Positions 1 to 12,100 of a DNA stretch of 51,925 nt are shown piece by piece. The notes under the pieces are model-generated. The model worked only from the letters and a program-made list of their open reading frames with translations, ran no database searches and was not told the DNA's origin. Each line of letters opens with the position of its first letter. Within the stretch, counting starts at the first letter, position 1. The translations under genes and the position numbers were made by a program. Origin of the DNA: Trichosphaerium sp. ATCC 40318 (Eukaryota > Protista > Tubulinea); assembly GCA_038496445.1 (NCBI GenBank), contig JALMLS010000331.1, positions 1-51,925 on the forward strand. The letters are read 5' to 3'.

Positions 1-509
1 TCTTTTGTGATGGAACACTAAATGTGTCAGCGACTTATTTATGTTCAATACATGTAAAAGTTAACTTAGCTTAAAATAGACACAATGTTACGTACGGCTT
101 TATGTATAGAGTTCTACTGAAACCACCATAAGATTTATTACCTGATAACATACTTACATATTTTCTGTCATGCTGAAACCTGTACAGGACATCAAAAAGC
201 ACCTTCCTAGATGCTAGCTCTTTTGTGATTTGGGTACTTTAAATTGATGTATTGTCAAGAATCAAGCGAAGACTCACCGTAAAAGAGTTATCTAAAAGTT
301 GTTTATTGTGCTTCCCACAAGTTGCCTCTTCACGTTTTCATACTTACTTGAAGGGTATTCCCTACTACTATGAGAGGTCTTTGTCGAAATAGAGCAGTCA
401 ATCTGGGTCGTATTACGTGATAGCTAAAAAACAGGGTAGGATTCGAGCTAAGCTGGTTCTAGCCCTCTCAATATAACTGTATCAAACAGTAAATACTGAA
501 CAAAACTAA

Positions 510-1002
510 ATGAACTCAAACAGCGCATTCTTTGATGAGATACCTATTGAGATTATTGTACACGTGTTACAATTCCCTTCTTATTATTGTATACGTTCAG
601 TAGCCCATACATGCACAAATTTAGCTATTATAACTACACAATACTTTGGATACAGGAGAAAAATCTTCATTAGAAAGAAAAAACAGCTGAAGAAATTATA
701 CAAGAAAGCGCCACATGTTTTTAAGAATTCTTCGAATATCCCATGCGCAGACACTGTTTATGGTGAAAGTACACAAAATTTTTTGACCTATATTTTTCCA
801 TCTCTTCAAGCTAAATAGCACAATATCATACCATTTTATCACCAATATACAATACTATCTATACACAAACCAAAAGTTTATACAATTGATTGGGTGGTGC
901 GGCAGAGCATTGTCAAAAAAGTCAATTTTTACTTTTTGACACAAAATTACTTTTATAGTTCAAAGACGGTATACTCATATTTTTCAAAATCTATTATTGA
1001 CG
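510..1002 (+). pseudogene. F-box-like protein gene, probably decayed
   Basis: The N-terminus FFDEIPIEIIVHVLQF..YYCIRSVAHTC resembles an F-box. There is a TAG at 816-818, but the frame stays open to a GTAAGT donor at ~1002. Sequence after the intron (~1090-1280) has several stops. Confidence 0.5.
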
Positions 1003-1521
1003 TAAGTGCTAAAAGGTTTTAGTGGTACATGTAAAAACTAAACAAAGAGTTTTATTAATATACGTAGCAGCATTTTACAATTATTTTACAGGCCTAAAAG
1101 TGATTTTGACACTCAAATTCCTCCCTTACTCCTACAGTTATTTCAATAATTAAACAACCGCATATAGTACTAACACATCTTAAGAACCTACTATTGGATT
1201 TACACTTTTACACAGTTGAGCAGGCCGGAAAAAATGAACACAAAAGTGGCTTTTTTACCATTTTGAAACAGCCTCGTGAACAGATGATTAATAATTTTTT
1301 TAGTTCTTTAATGTTTAAAGACGGGTGCAAAGGGCTTTTAAATCACATATAGTGTGAAGGGAAAGAGTTATGTTTTAGATGGTCCACAGTGTGCATGCAA
1401 AGTTGACACATCAAAAATTTTAACTTTGCAAAAAAACGCTCTAGCTTGCAACCCACCATTTTGATTACCCCTTAATATTCACACATATAGTAGTATAGAT
1501 GTTATATTTGTAGCTAACTTT

Positions 1522-2333
1522 ATGGCCTGTTTAAGTAAATATGCATGTAAATATGGTGTCCCTTCACCAGAAAAAGTGTGTCCTTCACGGGATATGATAA
1601 TTCTTGGGTTTATGCTGAAACAAAAGCACTTTAAGTATCTAAATGGTGTTCGTTCTTTGAAGATAGAGAACGTAAACAATAAATATTTTGGTAGCGGTTT
1701 GGACAAAAAAGTTAATTTTGAAAAGTTAGAAGGTATTGATACTATTGACTTTACTGATTGTTATTCGGTTACTGATGAACACCTTAAACAACTCGCTGGA
1801 ATACATAAAATCATTTTAAATGGCGCAGCTGTTACAGATGAAGGTATTCAAGCTCTGGCTGGTATTCATACTATCTATTTGAATAGATTGGACATTACAA
1901 ACAAAGGTATTAAGGCGTTGGTTGGCGTTCATGAAATAGATATAAGTCATTGTACATGTATAACGGATGAAGGAATTAAATCATTGGCTAGTGTCCATAC
2001 TATAAGTTAAGCTATTGTAAACATGTTACAGATGAGGGAATTAAAGCATTGTGTGACGTTCACACCATCTGTCTCGATGGATCAGTAGTTACAAATACAG
2101 GCATTAAAGCATTGGCTAGTGTTCATTGGGTTGGACTCAATTTTTGCTTAAGGGTCTCAGATGATGGTATAAAGGCGTTGACAGGAGTTCACACTATTTC
2201 TTTAAGCCGTTGTCACTTTGTTACAGATGAAGCTATTAAAGCGTTAGGTGGTGTTCATACTATTTTGGTAAAACGCTGTGGAGGGATTACAATTGATTAT
2301 ATAAAATCTTTAAACAATGTGGTTGAATTGTAG
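1522..2333 (+). pseudogene. Intronless cysteine-containing LRR (AMN1/FBXL-type) repeat protein with a 1-nt frameshift
   Basis: Tandem repeats of the form VHTIxLxxCxxVTDEGIKALxG occur in both ORFs 1522-2010 and 2049-2333. Restoring one T at ~2007 (agt-tta-agc-tat-tgt) joins them into SLSYCKHVTDEGIKAL. The lesion could be real or a sequencing error. Confidence 0.75.
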
Positions 2334-2350
2334 TGGTGAAAATAACATGG

Positions 2351-3433
2351 TCATTTCTTTACGTAATTTGCTGTTAACAATAACCTGTCAAACCACCTTT
2401 CATGCATGTAAGTTGATTGCTTGTTTTTAATGCTGTCTACTGTCTGGAATTCTGGAACGTTCCAGAAATCTGTGCATCTCCTAGCTGAGATTGATATCCA
2501 ACTATAAAACAAAAAAACAGTAATTTCTCTGGACCCTCCAACCCTTTCTACAATCATTGTTCAAGCACAAACTGACTCTCCAACAAAACCTGTACAACAA
2601 ACATGTAGTCAACTCAGATGCTTCGTACTTTCACAAAACTCATGTATCTTTGCTTTAAATTGTGTTAGCCGTGTTTGCTCAAACTTCTGTTTCAACTCCA
2701 GAATGTTAGTTAGAACCATTATCTGCAGGTTCGTTCTGGGAACAAGTTTAGAACCTGTAATCACTGGAAATAAACCACCTTTATTGATTGCATCATATAC
2801 GCTAAACGTTCTAATAAAGCTGTTCACTCCTCAAGGCTTACGTGTTGTACCTCCAACGAGGATACGTTGTAATTAACTTATTGACATTGCACAAATAAAA
2901 AAAGTAGCCTTCGCGTAATTGTCCTTCTCTGTGTTCTATTCCTCCACTGGTAGCCAGGTCAATGAACTTTTAACGAAGTTATTTATAGATGACAAGTCAT
3001 ATTAGGCTTAAGGTTGATCATAAATAGCAAACTCCTAAGCAAATCGTGTTATCGTAGTGTACCAAACTTTCATTCCATTGACACCGATTGGTTGATAGTA
3101 GAAATACCAGCTAGGGGTAATACTGAATTACCTTTCTCCGGCCCAACTGGTTCGCTCTTAAGTTGTGAATACAATACTAACGTGTAGGTCTTACACTGGT
3201 ACACCTGCTTAAAATACCATTTTTTTCATGCTTTTTTTTAAGGTAGTACCGCTTGAAACCCACGTGATAACGCATCATATTTTCTTACGCTGTTTAAGGA
3301 TACCATGCTTCAACGCATGTCCAAAAAACCTCTTTTTAAGTGATCTTTTTTATGAGATCTCAAGAATTTGTTTATTAGTTGTAACGCACAAAATACCCTC
3401 CTTGACCTCCCTTACTATATATTCTTCTACCAT
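2351..3433 (-). pseudogene. Degraded spliced gene with a possible C2-domain-like segment
   Basis: Exon-like blocks with GT..AG boundaries translate to ...STNRCQWNESL|EFAIYDQP..., like the WNExxxF motif of C2 domains. Several in-frame TAA/TAG codons. Boundaries are approximate. Confidence 0.3.
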
Positions 3434-6401
3434 GGCCTTCAGGGGAACTACCGGCGCAATGTCGGACCCTGAAACGCGAATGGATCGCATGACGAAAACA
3501 CTCAGGCAGAAATTAATTGAAGTAGGGTTTTCTGAGATCGAAGTGCGGAAAGCACTTGTGGTAAGTATATAAAGATGCTCTAGGACAATCTCGGGGTTTT
3601 GGTGAAAAAAAAAACCCAAATTACAAAAACAAGTTGTGCTCAAACACATGAAATTTCAGTACTAAAAACGTGATTAGTCACATGGTGGTGACATAACGAA
3701 AGCTACAAAATTTTTAATGGCACAAAGAACAAGAAGGAACAGCCATAGCACTCCACCAAGGCCTAGACCGCGACCTGGAGTATCTCACCTTGTGAAAGAG
3801 CCAATTAAAACTAATAATCGGCCTGGTACACCAACAGTTGGTGCTCGAAGACCTCCAGCTGTACCACCGCGTAGAATACCTTCGCTTGTACAACAAAGAA
3901 GCGCACCAGTGATTAAAAGAAGCAAACCTGCATTCCAAAGAGAAACCAGGCGTAGTTCACCGCTTAACGATACGCCAATACGAGTGGTAGCATCAAGACC
4001 ACCAAGGACTGCTCCACCACCTCGTATGCCTCCATCCACGGTGGCAGATGATGCTACAACTACACCTGTTGTAAGTAAGCAAGGCAATCCTGGATCTAGC
4101 TGGAAACCAACTCAACAAAGACTTAGACGAGATCCAGAAGCGTCTGAATCTGGTGAAGGAAAGGAGACGTTCTTGCAAAAGCCTGCAGGCACGTGATTTT
4201 TTTTCTTGTTTTTTTTTTCGCTGATTTGTTGTGTTTCTCAGAGCTTCCAGAGCCTCCTTCTAGCCCAGTGGAGGAACGAAAAAATCTACGTAAACAAATT
4301 TTCACTCAAGGATCTGCCAGCGCACCAGAGAAAGTAAGGAGAAGTTCGTCGGCTACTGGAAAACGAAGAAAAAGAAAAGGTTCTCGAAAAGATAAGCGTA
4401 ACTTCTCGCTCTTTACAAAAAAGAAACGAAGTGCTACGAAGCATAGAAAAAGCAGAGCAGCAACAATAGATATAGATGAGGTTTCTCCCCGACAACAGCG
4501 ACCAACGAGGAGTAAGCCAAATGGAAGAAGTTCTGGAGGTACAACTTTTTTCCCAAAATAGATACAACTTATCAATGTGAAGCTGGTATTCATACTGCCC
4601 TTATTAGATACTATGACAAAAGATACTTTACGTTTAGTTACAAAGGGACTCGGTAGAAACCTAAGAGACGCAAATGACAAGATTGCAGAGCTTCGAAGGA
4701 CTGTAAAAGAGATGGAAGACAAAATAAAAACTCTTGAAAAAGAAAACCGAAGTTTGAAGTATCAGGTACGTATAGATTACACCACGTGGATTATCACGTT
4801 ATTTAGCACATATTTGATAATTAATTGTTTCATAATGTAGTTCACTAATCAAAAGCAAAAATCAAAATCAGAGCAACAAATGAAGACATGGTTTCTTGAA
4901 TATAATGAAGTAAAAATAGAGAATATTCTTGGGTCTGGTGGGTATGGTGTTGTTTGTGAAGCTACATGGAGAGGAGCTAAAGTAAGTTTATTTATATTTA
5001 AATTTCAATCGTCACGTGACTTTTTATTTTGATATTTTATATTCAAGGTAGCTATGAAGCAACTTAAACTAGGCGGAATAAACCAAAAAGAGTTATTGGA
5101 ATTTTATGCCGAAGCCAAAAAATTATCTGGAATAAGGCCTCATCCAAATATAACTACTGTGAGTCGATTCTCTTATATTTATACTTGTGTTAAGTTATGT
5201 AGTTTTTGGGTATTACAAAACAACCTCTTTGTGTTGTCATGGAACTTATTCGAGGCGGAGATTTATTTTCAAAACTTCATGATAAAAAATTCACTTTGCA
5301 TCCAAAGATTACGTTAAGGGTACACTTCTAATCACACATTGTATTAATCCCTTCATGTCATTGATGTATTTTTATAGATAATGCGTGGCGCTGCAGCTGG
5401 TTTATTACACTTGCATACTGAAGGTACGTGAGAATTTAATTACTTTTAATTTTCTGACATCGTTTTAGGCGTTGTACACAGAGACGTACTAGTTTGATGT
5501 GATTTATTGTCTTAACCAATTATTATTTAATTAGATTGCTGCAAGGAATATTTTATTGACACGTGATTACCAAGTTAAAATAACAGGTACATGAACTATT
5601 TTTTCAACAAATAAAAAAAAAAAGGCTAAGATTTTTTGCATAGACTTTGGCTATGCACGAATAATAGGCGTGCGGGAGCAGAGTGCTACAAAAGTAAGAG
5701 TTTGTTCAGTTTTTCTCTTGTTCTAAACATGTACTTAGCAATCTGTTGGTCCATGTAGATGGATGGCACCTGAGGTACGCTCAACAGTGTTCAAATATTT
5801 TCTGATTCATTTTTACTAGACAATAATGCCTCAAAAAGATGGCAAGCGTATTTATAGTAGAAAAAGCGACATATGGATGTACGACATCATAAGATCCATA
5901 CGGGCATTTTATTCTTATTTGTACCCTTAGGTTTGGTGTATTATTATGGGAGATGTTCTACCGTCACAAACCTTATTACTGGATAAAAGCGTAAGTATTC
6001 TGTAGTTTGCTACTCTCAAACTGTTGATGTGGGTTGTCTCTTTATTAGTTGAGCCAATAAGAATGCAAAGTCAATATTCTAAGATAGTTATCACGTGCTC
6101 GCTAAGTCTTACAGCTGTTTAGTGAGTCGAGTATTCCTGTTGAAGTATTCCATCGTACCCTACAGTTACCGCTTCCAGGATCTATGCCAGAAGTTTCAAG
6201 GATGCTGTCAGCATGTTTAAACTACAATGCAGAGTATAGGCCAACGATAGAAAACTGTACGACTCATAAACGTTTGTTTTGTATACAAACCTGTTGACAC
6301 GTTTTTTTTTAGTGCTTGAAAATATTTCATGTTTACATGAAGAACACCTTCGTACAATACCTCCAGGAGGCATAGGTCGTATGTTTGAATCTATAGACTA
6401 A
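3432..6401 (+). CDS. Tyrosine-kinase(-like) protein with N-terminal UBA domain, Pro/Arg-rich linker and coiled coil (~15 exons)
   Basis: The spliced product has a UBA-like segment LIEVGFSEIEVRKALV|SHGGDITKATKFL. Kinase motifs: GSGGYGVV, VAMK, HPNI, VVHRD|IAARN, ITDFG, VGPCRWMAPE, SDIWMFGVLLWE, YRPT. Stop TAA at 6399-6401. Confidence 0.9.
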
Positions 6402-7064
6402 ATACTTGTGTTGGCACCAAAAGAGACGATTTTTTTAACCAAGTCTCACGGTCACACATTTTGAGAAAAAAAACAAGAAAAACTTGTGTAAATAGAAAAA
6501 AAAAAAAAAAAATGAACAAAACCATTGCGTTATGTCTCAAATGATTACATTCAAACATATGTACTCACGTAATTTATAAGGTCGATCATCAAATAACCAT
6601 TTGGAGTCAAGAAGAAATCGATAACTACTACTATTTAAGAACAACAAAAAACAAAAACTTCTGAAGAAAGAAAGAAAAAAATAACAGTAAAAAAAGTGTA
6701 CCATATTGTAGATAACAACCAACGACCGTTCTTCTTTTTTTGATTTAAAACACCCACTATACTGATAACGTTGTTTTTACATGTCTAGTTATGGTCTTAT
6801 GACCAATTAACATCCTATTATTAGATGGAAAAAACACTTAAAAAAATCTTACTTACTAGTAACTAGTTAACAATTTATTTACAACTCTATTCCTACGTAC
6901 TAGCACGTTTTTTACATTCACCAAAGATATATTACCCTGAGAACGTGTCAATTATAATAACTAAATCAGTTTCATAAACCTTATTCTTCATTCTGATTTA
7001 ATAATAACAACCTTATCTCTTCTGTAAGCTTTAAATTCTCTTCTTTAATTGCAATATTGTCTTC

Positions 7065-8816
7065 TTATATCTTCTTATAACTTATCTCAACACCATTATC
7101 ATAGCTCTTATATACATCATTCTTAGACATAAAAAACCCATTTACATAACCATTCTTATAAAAACAAGACTTTGCTAACTCGCCAAAATCATCCCAATTT
7201 TAATAATCTCCATCTTTTTTCCCATCTTCATTGTAAAAGCAATCTTTAACTAAAACACCTTTATCATTCCATCTCTGATACTTACCAACATTCATCCCTT
7301 CTTTATAAAAGCAATGTATACTATAAACACCTTTACAATGCCACGCATGATACTCACCATCAAGAGAACCTTCCTTGTAAAAACAAAGCCTAATCAAACA
7401 TCCTTCATCATTCCATCCTTTATACTCCCCTTCCTTAACACCTTCTTTGAAATAAAATTGTTTTTCTTGTTTACCATCATCATAAAATGATTTATACTCT
7501 CCTTCCTCCTTACCACCTTTGATAAAAACTGTAGACTTTAATTGACCATTTCTAAACCACTTTTTGCTTTCACCTTGCTTAACACCATCTTCATAATAAT
7601 GGGAGCTGATTGTGCCATCATACTTATACTTTCTAAACTCTCCATGTTTTACTTCAAATTTTTTACGCCTCCAGTGCTTCTTTATATGCCCATTAGTATT
7701 GTTTTTAATGGCTTCATCATCATCCTTATACTGCTTATAACAAGTAGAGCTTGTCAGAAGGCCAAACCTATACCCATGTACTGTAACTGATACATGCCAG
7801 TACTTGTCTTTCCATACACAATCTTTTCATTAATTTCATTACCATACCATCTTGTATGTTCACCCTGTCCTTCTCCGTCCTTATACCTACCACTGAAATA
7901 TAAACCTTCTATACTCCATTTCTTACACTCTCCATCCTTCTTACCATCCTTGTAATTATAATGCTTAGATAATTGACCATCCTCGTACCATTCTTTACTT
8001 TCGCCATGCTGCTTTCCATTAACCCACATGTCATGCTCCTTTAGTTGTCCGTTATCAAACCATATCTTTCTTTCACCATGTTTTTCACCTTCCTTTACGA
8101 CACAACTCAACATTAACTGTCCGTGTGCAAACCACTCTCTGTACTCTCCTTCAGGTTTTCCGTCCTTGTAATAAGCGCTCTTTTTTGAATTGCCATTAGA
8201 ATACCACACTTCTATCTTTCCCTCTGGCTTTCCATTATCATTGAAAGTGCCAGTGGACATTAATTCACCATTTTTGTGCCACATTTGAAGTAGACCAAAT
8301 GTCTTGTCATTTTTGTTGTGACTTTGCTTCAATTGGCCATTATCGTAAAATGACATAAATGATCCATCTCGTTTACCATCCTTGAAGTAACACGTTTTCT
8401 TTATACGACCACTCTTGTACCAGCTATGCCATAACCCACGTTTGCTCAGGTTCCTTGTTCGACAAACAAAATTAGCACCAGCAAATGTCGGAGTCACGTG
8501 TTGAATGTCAAAAGTGTATAACTACGTACTCCGTAAAGTAAGTGTAAACAGCCGCTCGTTTAGACAGAGAATGGATGGTCGTGAAGGTATGTTTATCGTA
8601 CCTACTGATTTCCACCTATAAGCACGTCAGCAGTGTTTATCATGCGTTTTAAAGCGTTTGAGGTATGCTATGAGAACGTACAAGTATTTCACGTGGTAAA
8701 CCGAGCAAATCAGTATGAGAAGATCTTAGATGCGTACTAAAGAGCGTGAGTATCAAACGGGCATGGAAAAAAATGGTGGGTTGTAACGTTTAAACTTACG
8801 CAATTCTTTTGGTCAT
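7065..8816 (-). pseudogene. F-box + MORN-variant (YwqK-like) repeat protein with a premature stop
   Basis: ATG at 8816. Three 5' introns give MTKRIA|THLRSSHTDLLGLPREIL|VEISRYDKHTF (F-box-like). Many GEYxxWYxNGQLxxxxxYKDGKK repeats follow. There is a frame change or intron near 7745-7800 and an in-frame TAA at 7200-7202, after which the repeat continues (NWDDFGELAKSCFYKNG) to TAA 7065. Confidence 0.75.
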
Positions 8817-9131
8817 GGTGTTGATATTATTATTATAATGGCGCTTGACAGTTGTGCGGGCGTACTTGAAAGCTTGCTTGAGACGTTTGGTTTAAGGTAA
8901 GCACGTGAAGACATTAAGGTAGAATTGCTAAATTAAGTGCTCTTAGTGTTTAGAGCTGCACAAAGGCTAGAGCACTTTTCTTTGACATTCTGCGTCACCC
9001 AGTGTTACTAAAGGTAGTCTGAAGTCACGTGACTAATGATTGAGTGTTTACTGTTTTAGCAAATCAATTGTTGTTTATTAAGTTGGATTTCTCTTTTTGT
9101 TACTTGTACATTTTTTTTAGTTTTTTTTTGG

Positions 9132-12100
9132 CTATGCTTTGCTATCCTTCATTTGTTTGCTATCCTCTTGTGTTGGTGTCATTAGCGTATATTGGCTATC
9201 AGGTGGCTCATCAGTATAGTTGGATGTTGGACTATCAATGGTATCTGTGACTGAAGCTGAGCCAATGGAGGTTGCCAATTGAGCAAAAGTTGGTCTATCT
9301 TTTGCAGTAAATTGCCAACAACTTAACATCAAGTCTGCGTATACTTGTGGAGTTGTGGGGTTAATATCTGGTATCTTACCAGCCTTTATATCATAACATA
9401 GCTCTAATAATGGTGTATCTTTATGAGGTGTAGCACGATGTGTGAGTTCCCATACTACAATACCAAAAGACCATACATCAGATGCTGGCTCATAAACAAA
9501 AGAAAAGTTCTCTGGAGCCATCCATCTATCGACAAAAAGTTAGTTTCTTGTTGGGTTTGTTTTGGATTAACTGATTTCTGTCATACCTCACAGGACCTAC
9601 TTCCATAGCAGTTTGTTGTGCCTTTTCTTCAGTATTATCAAAGTTTCTTGACATACCAAAATCGCTTATCTTGATCGTGTTCTTGTCATCAAGCTATTTT
9701 TAGAACAAAAGTTAGTAAAATGCTCATTTCTTTGTAGGCTTTTTTGATGAGTTGCGTACCAATATCTACAAATAAAGAGTAAGTATATATTATATTTTAA
9801 AAGTACTACAATCAACGTACGTTTCTACAAGAGAGATCACGGTGAACAATATTATGAGAATGAAGAAACATCATTCCTTTAATGATGCCATATGTAAAAT
9901 GTTTTAATTCATTTTCTCCAAGAGCGCTATCCTGGGCAAGGAAGTATTGACGAAGGGTTCCGTTCGTCATAAAGTCCATTACAAGCATCGGACGTCCTTG
10001 GTTCAAGCAGAAACCTTGAGTAATTTAGAAACGATATACAATGAAGCATAGGAGCTGCTAACAAAAAAAGCGTACCAATAATTTGAACAACATTTGGATG
10101 TGTTGGGATATTAGTCATTATTTCGACCTTAAAAATAGATGTATCAACAGAGGTAGTTTTAAAGGATTTGACAAACATTTCATGTACTGACATACTTCTT
10201 GTAAAAACGTGGCAAGATGTTCACCTTGAAGGTTATGATTTACTTTAATTGCAACGCTTCTATTATCCTTCAAATAAATGCCCTTCCATACACTACCAAA
10301 CGATCCCTTGCCTACACAAAGCACAATAAGAACAACAATGGATACTGAGGATAAACAAACATCACGCAACGCACCTATTTCTTTGACCAAGTCAAGCTCT
10401 GCTGCACGAATCAATACACCTGTAGAAAAAAATTAGTTCAAGTTTATTTACATTTAATTTGTGCTTACCTCCACCACCGTCATCTTTGTACCCAAGTTTA
10501 ACTGTAGGTAATTTTTCGTTATCGCCACCAGTTTTTAATCTGGCTCTTCCCATTATTGGAAGATACGTGTCATCAATATCATCGTCATGACTCGTAGTGC
10601 CTTCATTTGATTTAATTGCACCAATATGCTGCTTTTCAGCATATTCATTGTTCTTTCTTTTTACGAAAAGGACTATAGCTACAATTGCAGCTATGATAAT
10701 AATAAGTATCACTGCAACTACAGCAATGATCCACCAATCTGAGACTACAAGACAGTAACTGTCAGCATGAATCCTTACAATTCTTTGAAAAGTAAAAAAA
10801 ACAGTTTTGTAAAAGACGTACACCCACTAGGATTGCCATCTTGTATAACAAGGGCTTGTGTTGGCTCAGGTGTGGGTTCAGGAGTATCGGGTATAATGGT
10901 TATATTAAATGACACTGAAGAAGTCTGCTCGATAGAACGCTTGTTAGCAAAATTAAAGTTGATTGTGACAACATGTTCTCCTTCCACAAACAAATCTCTA
11001 TCAACATTGATACGCATACAAGTATCTATGGAAAGGAGAATCAGTATTAGATACACGCTCGTTTCACTGTACCTTCTGGACATGTTGATATCACTGCAAT
11101 TGCTAGAGGCACAGTAGAAGATCCTTGAGACGCTATAGCGTTAGGTGTTCCAATACAACGCGAGTTGACTTCTAAACAAAAGAAAATATGAGTATTTTGT
11201 TTGACTTTGTGTCGTTACTTACTTAACGTGATAAACATGCTTCCGCCTCGCTCAAAGTCGCTTGTTACATTTTCTCCGCCACATGCTGTACCAACAAGGG
11301 TACGATCACCTTGTGTATCAGGTACTACCTTAGGTTCGGTTGCTGTTGTGTTGTATATCATAATATACCCTGTGAACAAATCAAGTGTAGGTTCAGGCAT
11401 TGTTATGCCACCAAGGGTAAGACCTCTTCCTTTATACTGGCCTCCTATAGTGTATAGTGGTCTATCACTGGAAACAACAAGGCAGTTTGGTAAAATCTCA
11501 GTATTAATGACCAATCCTCTATTCTTTTCTACATAGTAATGTAGCAAGTTTGCAGAACGATCATAATGCGTTATAATCATATCAAAACGTCCTAAGCAAA
11601 GCTAGAGTTAAAGCAAAAAATCAAAGGTCACAATCTTCCACAACACGTGCGATCAACATAAACGATAAAGTTCATGTACCTGTGGCTGATAGCGTTATTG
11701 ATCCAAGAGGATATGTCACTTCTATATCAGTCCCAGAGAAAGCACCAAGGTATATAATACCATTATTGTCACTTGATATTTGCATATCATTGTAAAATAT
11801 ATTTGTTGATGTACCAGCTGTACTATACTCTAAAAAAAAGGAGAGTAAGTTCGGACTGAGGCAGAGGGTTTTTTGTTCTTTTCACGCACGTGTGAATGGC
11901 TTTGACCTTTCTGGTAATCCGACTTCCCATTTAACGTACTGACGGAATCCAGTATCGTCATTCCTAACCTCAGAGAGACCATAGACTGTGTTACCAATGC
12001 TTTGCATTTGAACTAAAAAAATGTTTGCATGATTGAAAACAACGAACATGTGGAGCGTACGGATGCGGTTGAATGATCCAAGATAAGGAGTGAAAGATTG

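Noticed and set aside
3714-4722. Antisense ORFs in the ORF track here, and similar ones elsewhere (e.g. 10767-11536, 19005-19436)
   Set aside because: They are shadows of real exons on the opposite strand and have no recognisable motifs.
7200-7202. Genome-wide reassignment of TAA/TAG to an amino acid
   Set aside because: Intact conserved genes here end in TAA, TAG or TGA and contain no internal stops. In-frame stops occur only in genes that look decayed.
7754-8497. Bacterial YwqK antitoxin or bacterial contamination
   Set aside because: The gene has spliceosomal introns and an F-box-like N-terminus, and no toxin partner is present.
1446-8786. 17-bp inverted match (ttgcaacccaccatttt / aaaatggtgggttgtaa) as TIRs of a 7.3-kb element
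   Set aside because: The right copy lies inside intron 1 of the F-box/MORN gene, the interval contains an ordinary kinase gene, and no TSD is visible. Probably chance.
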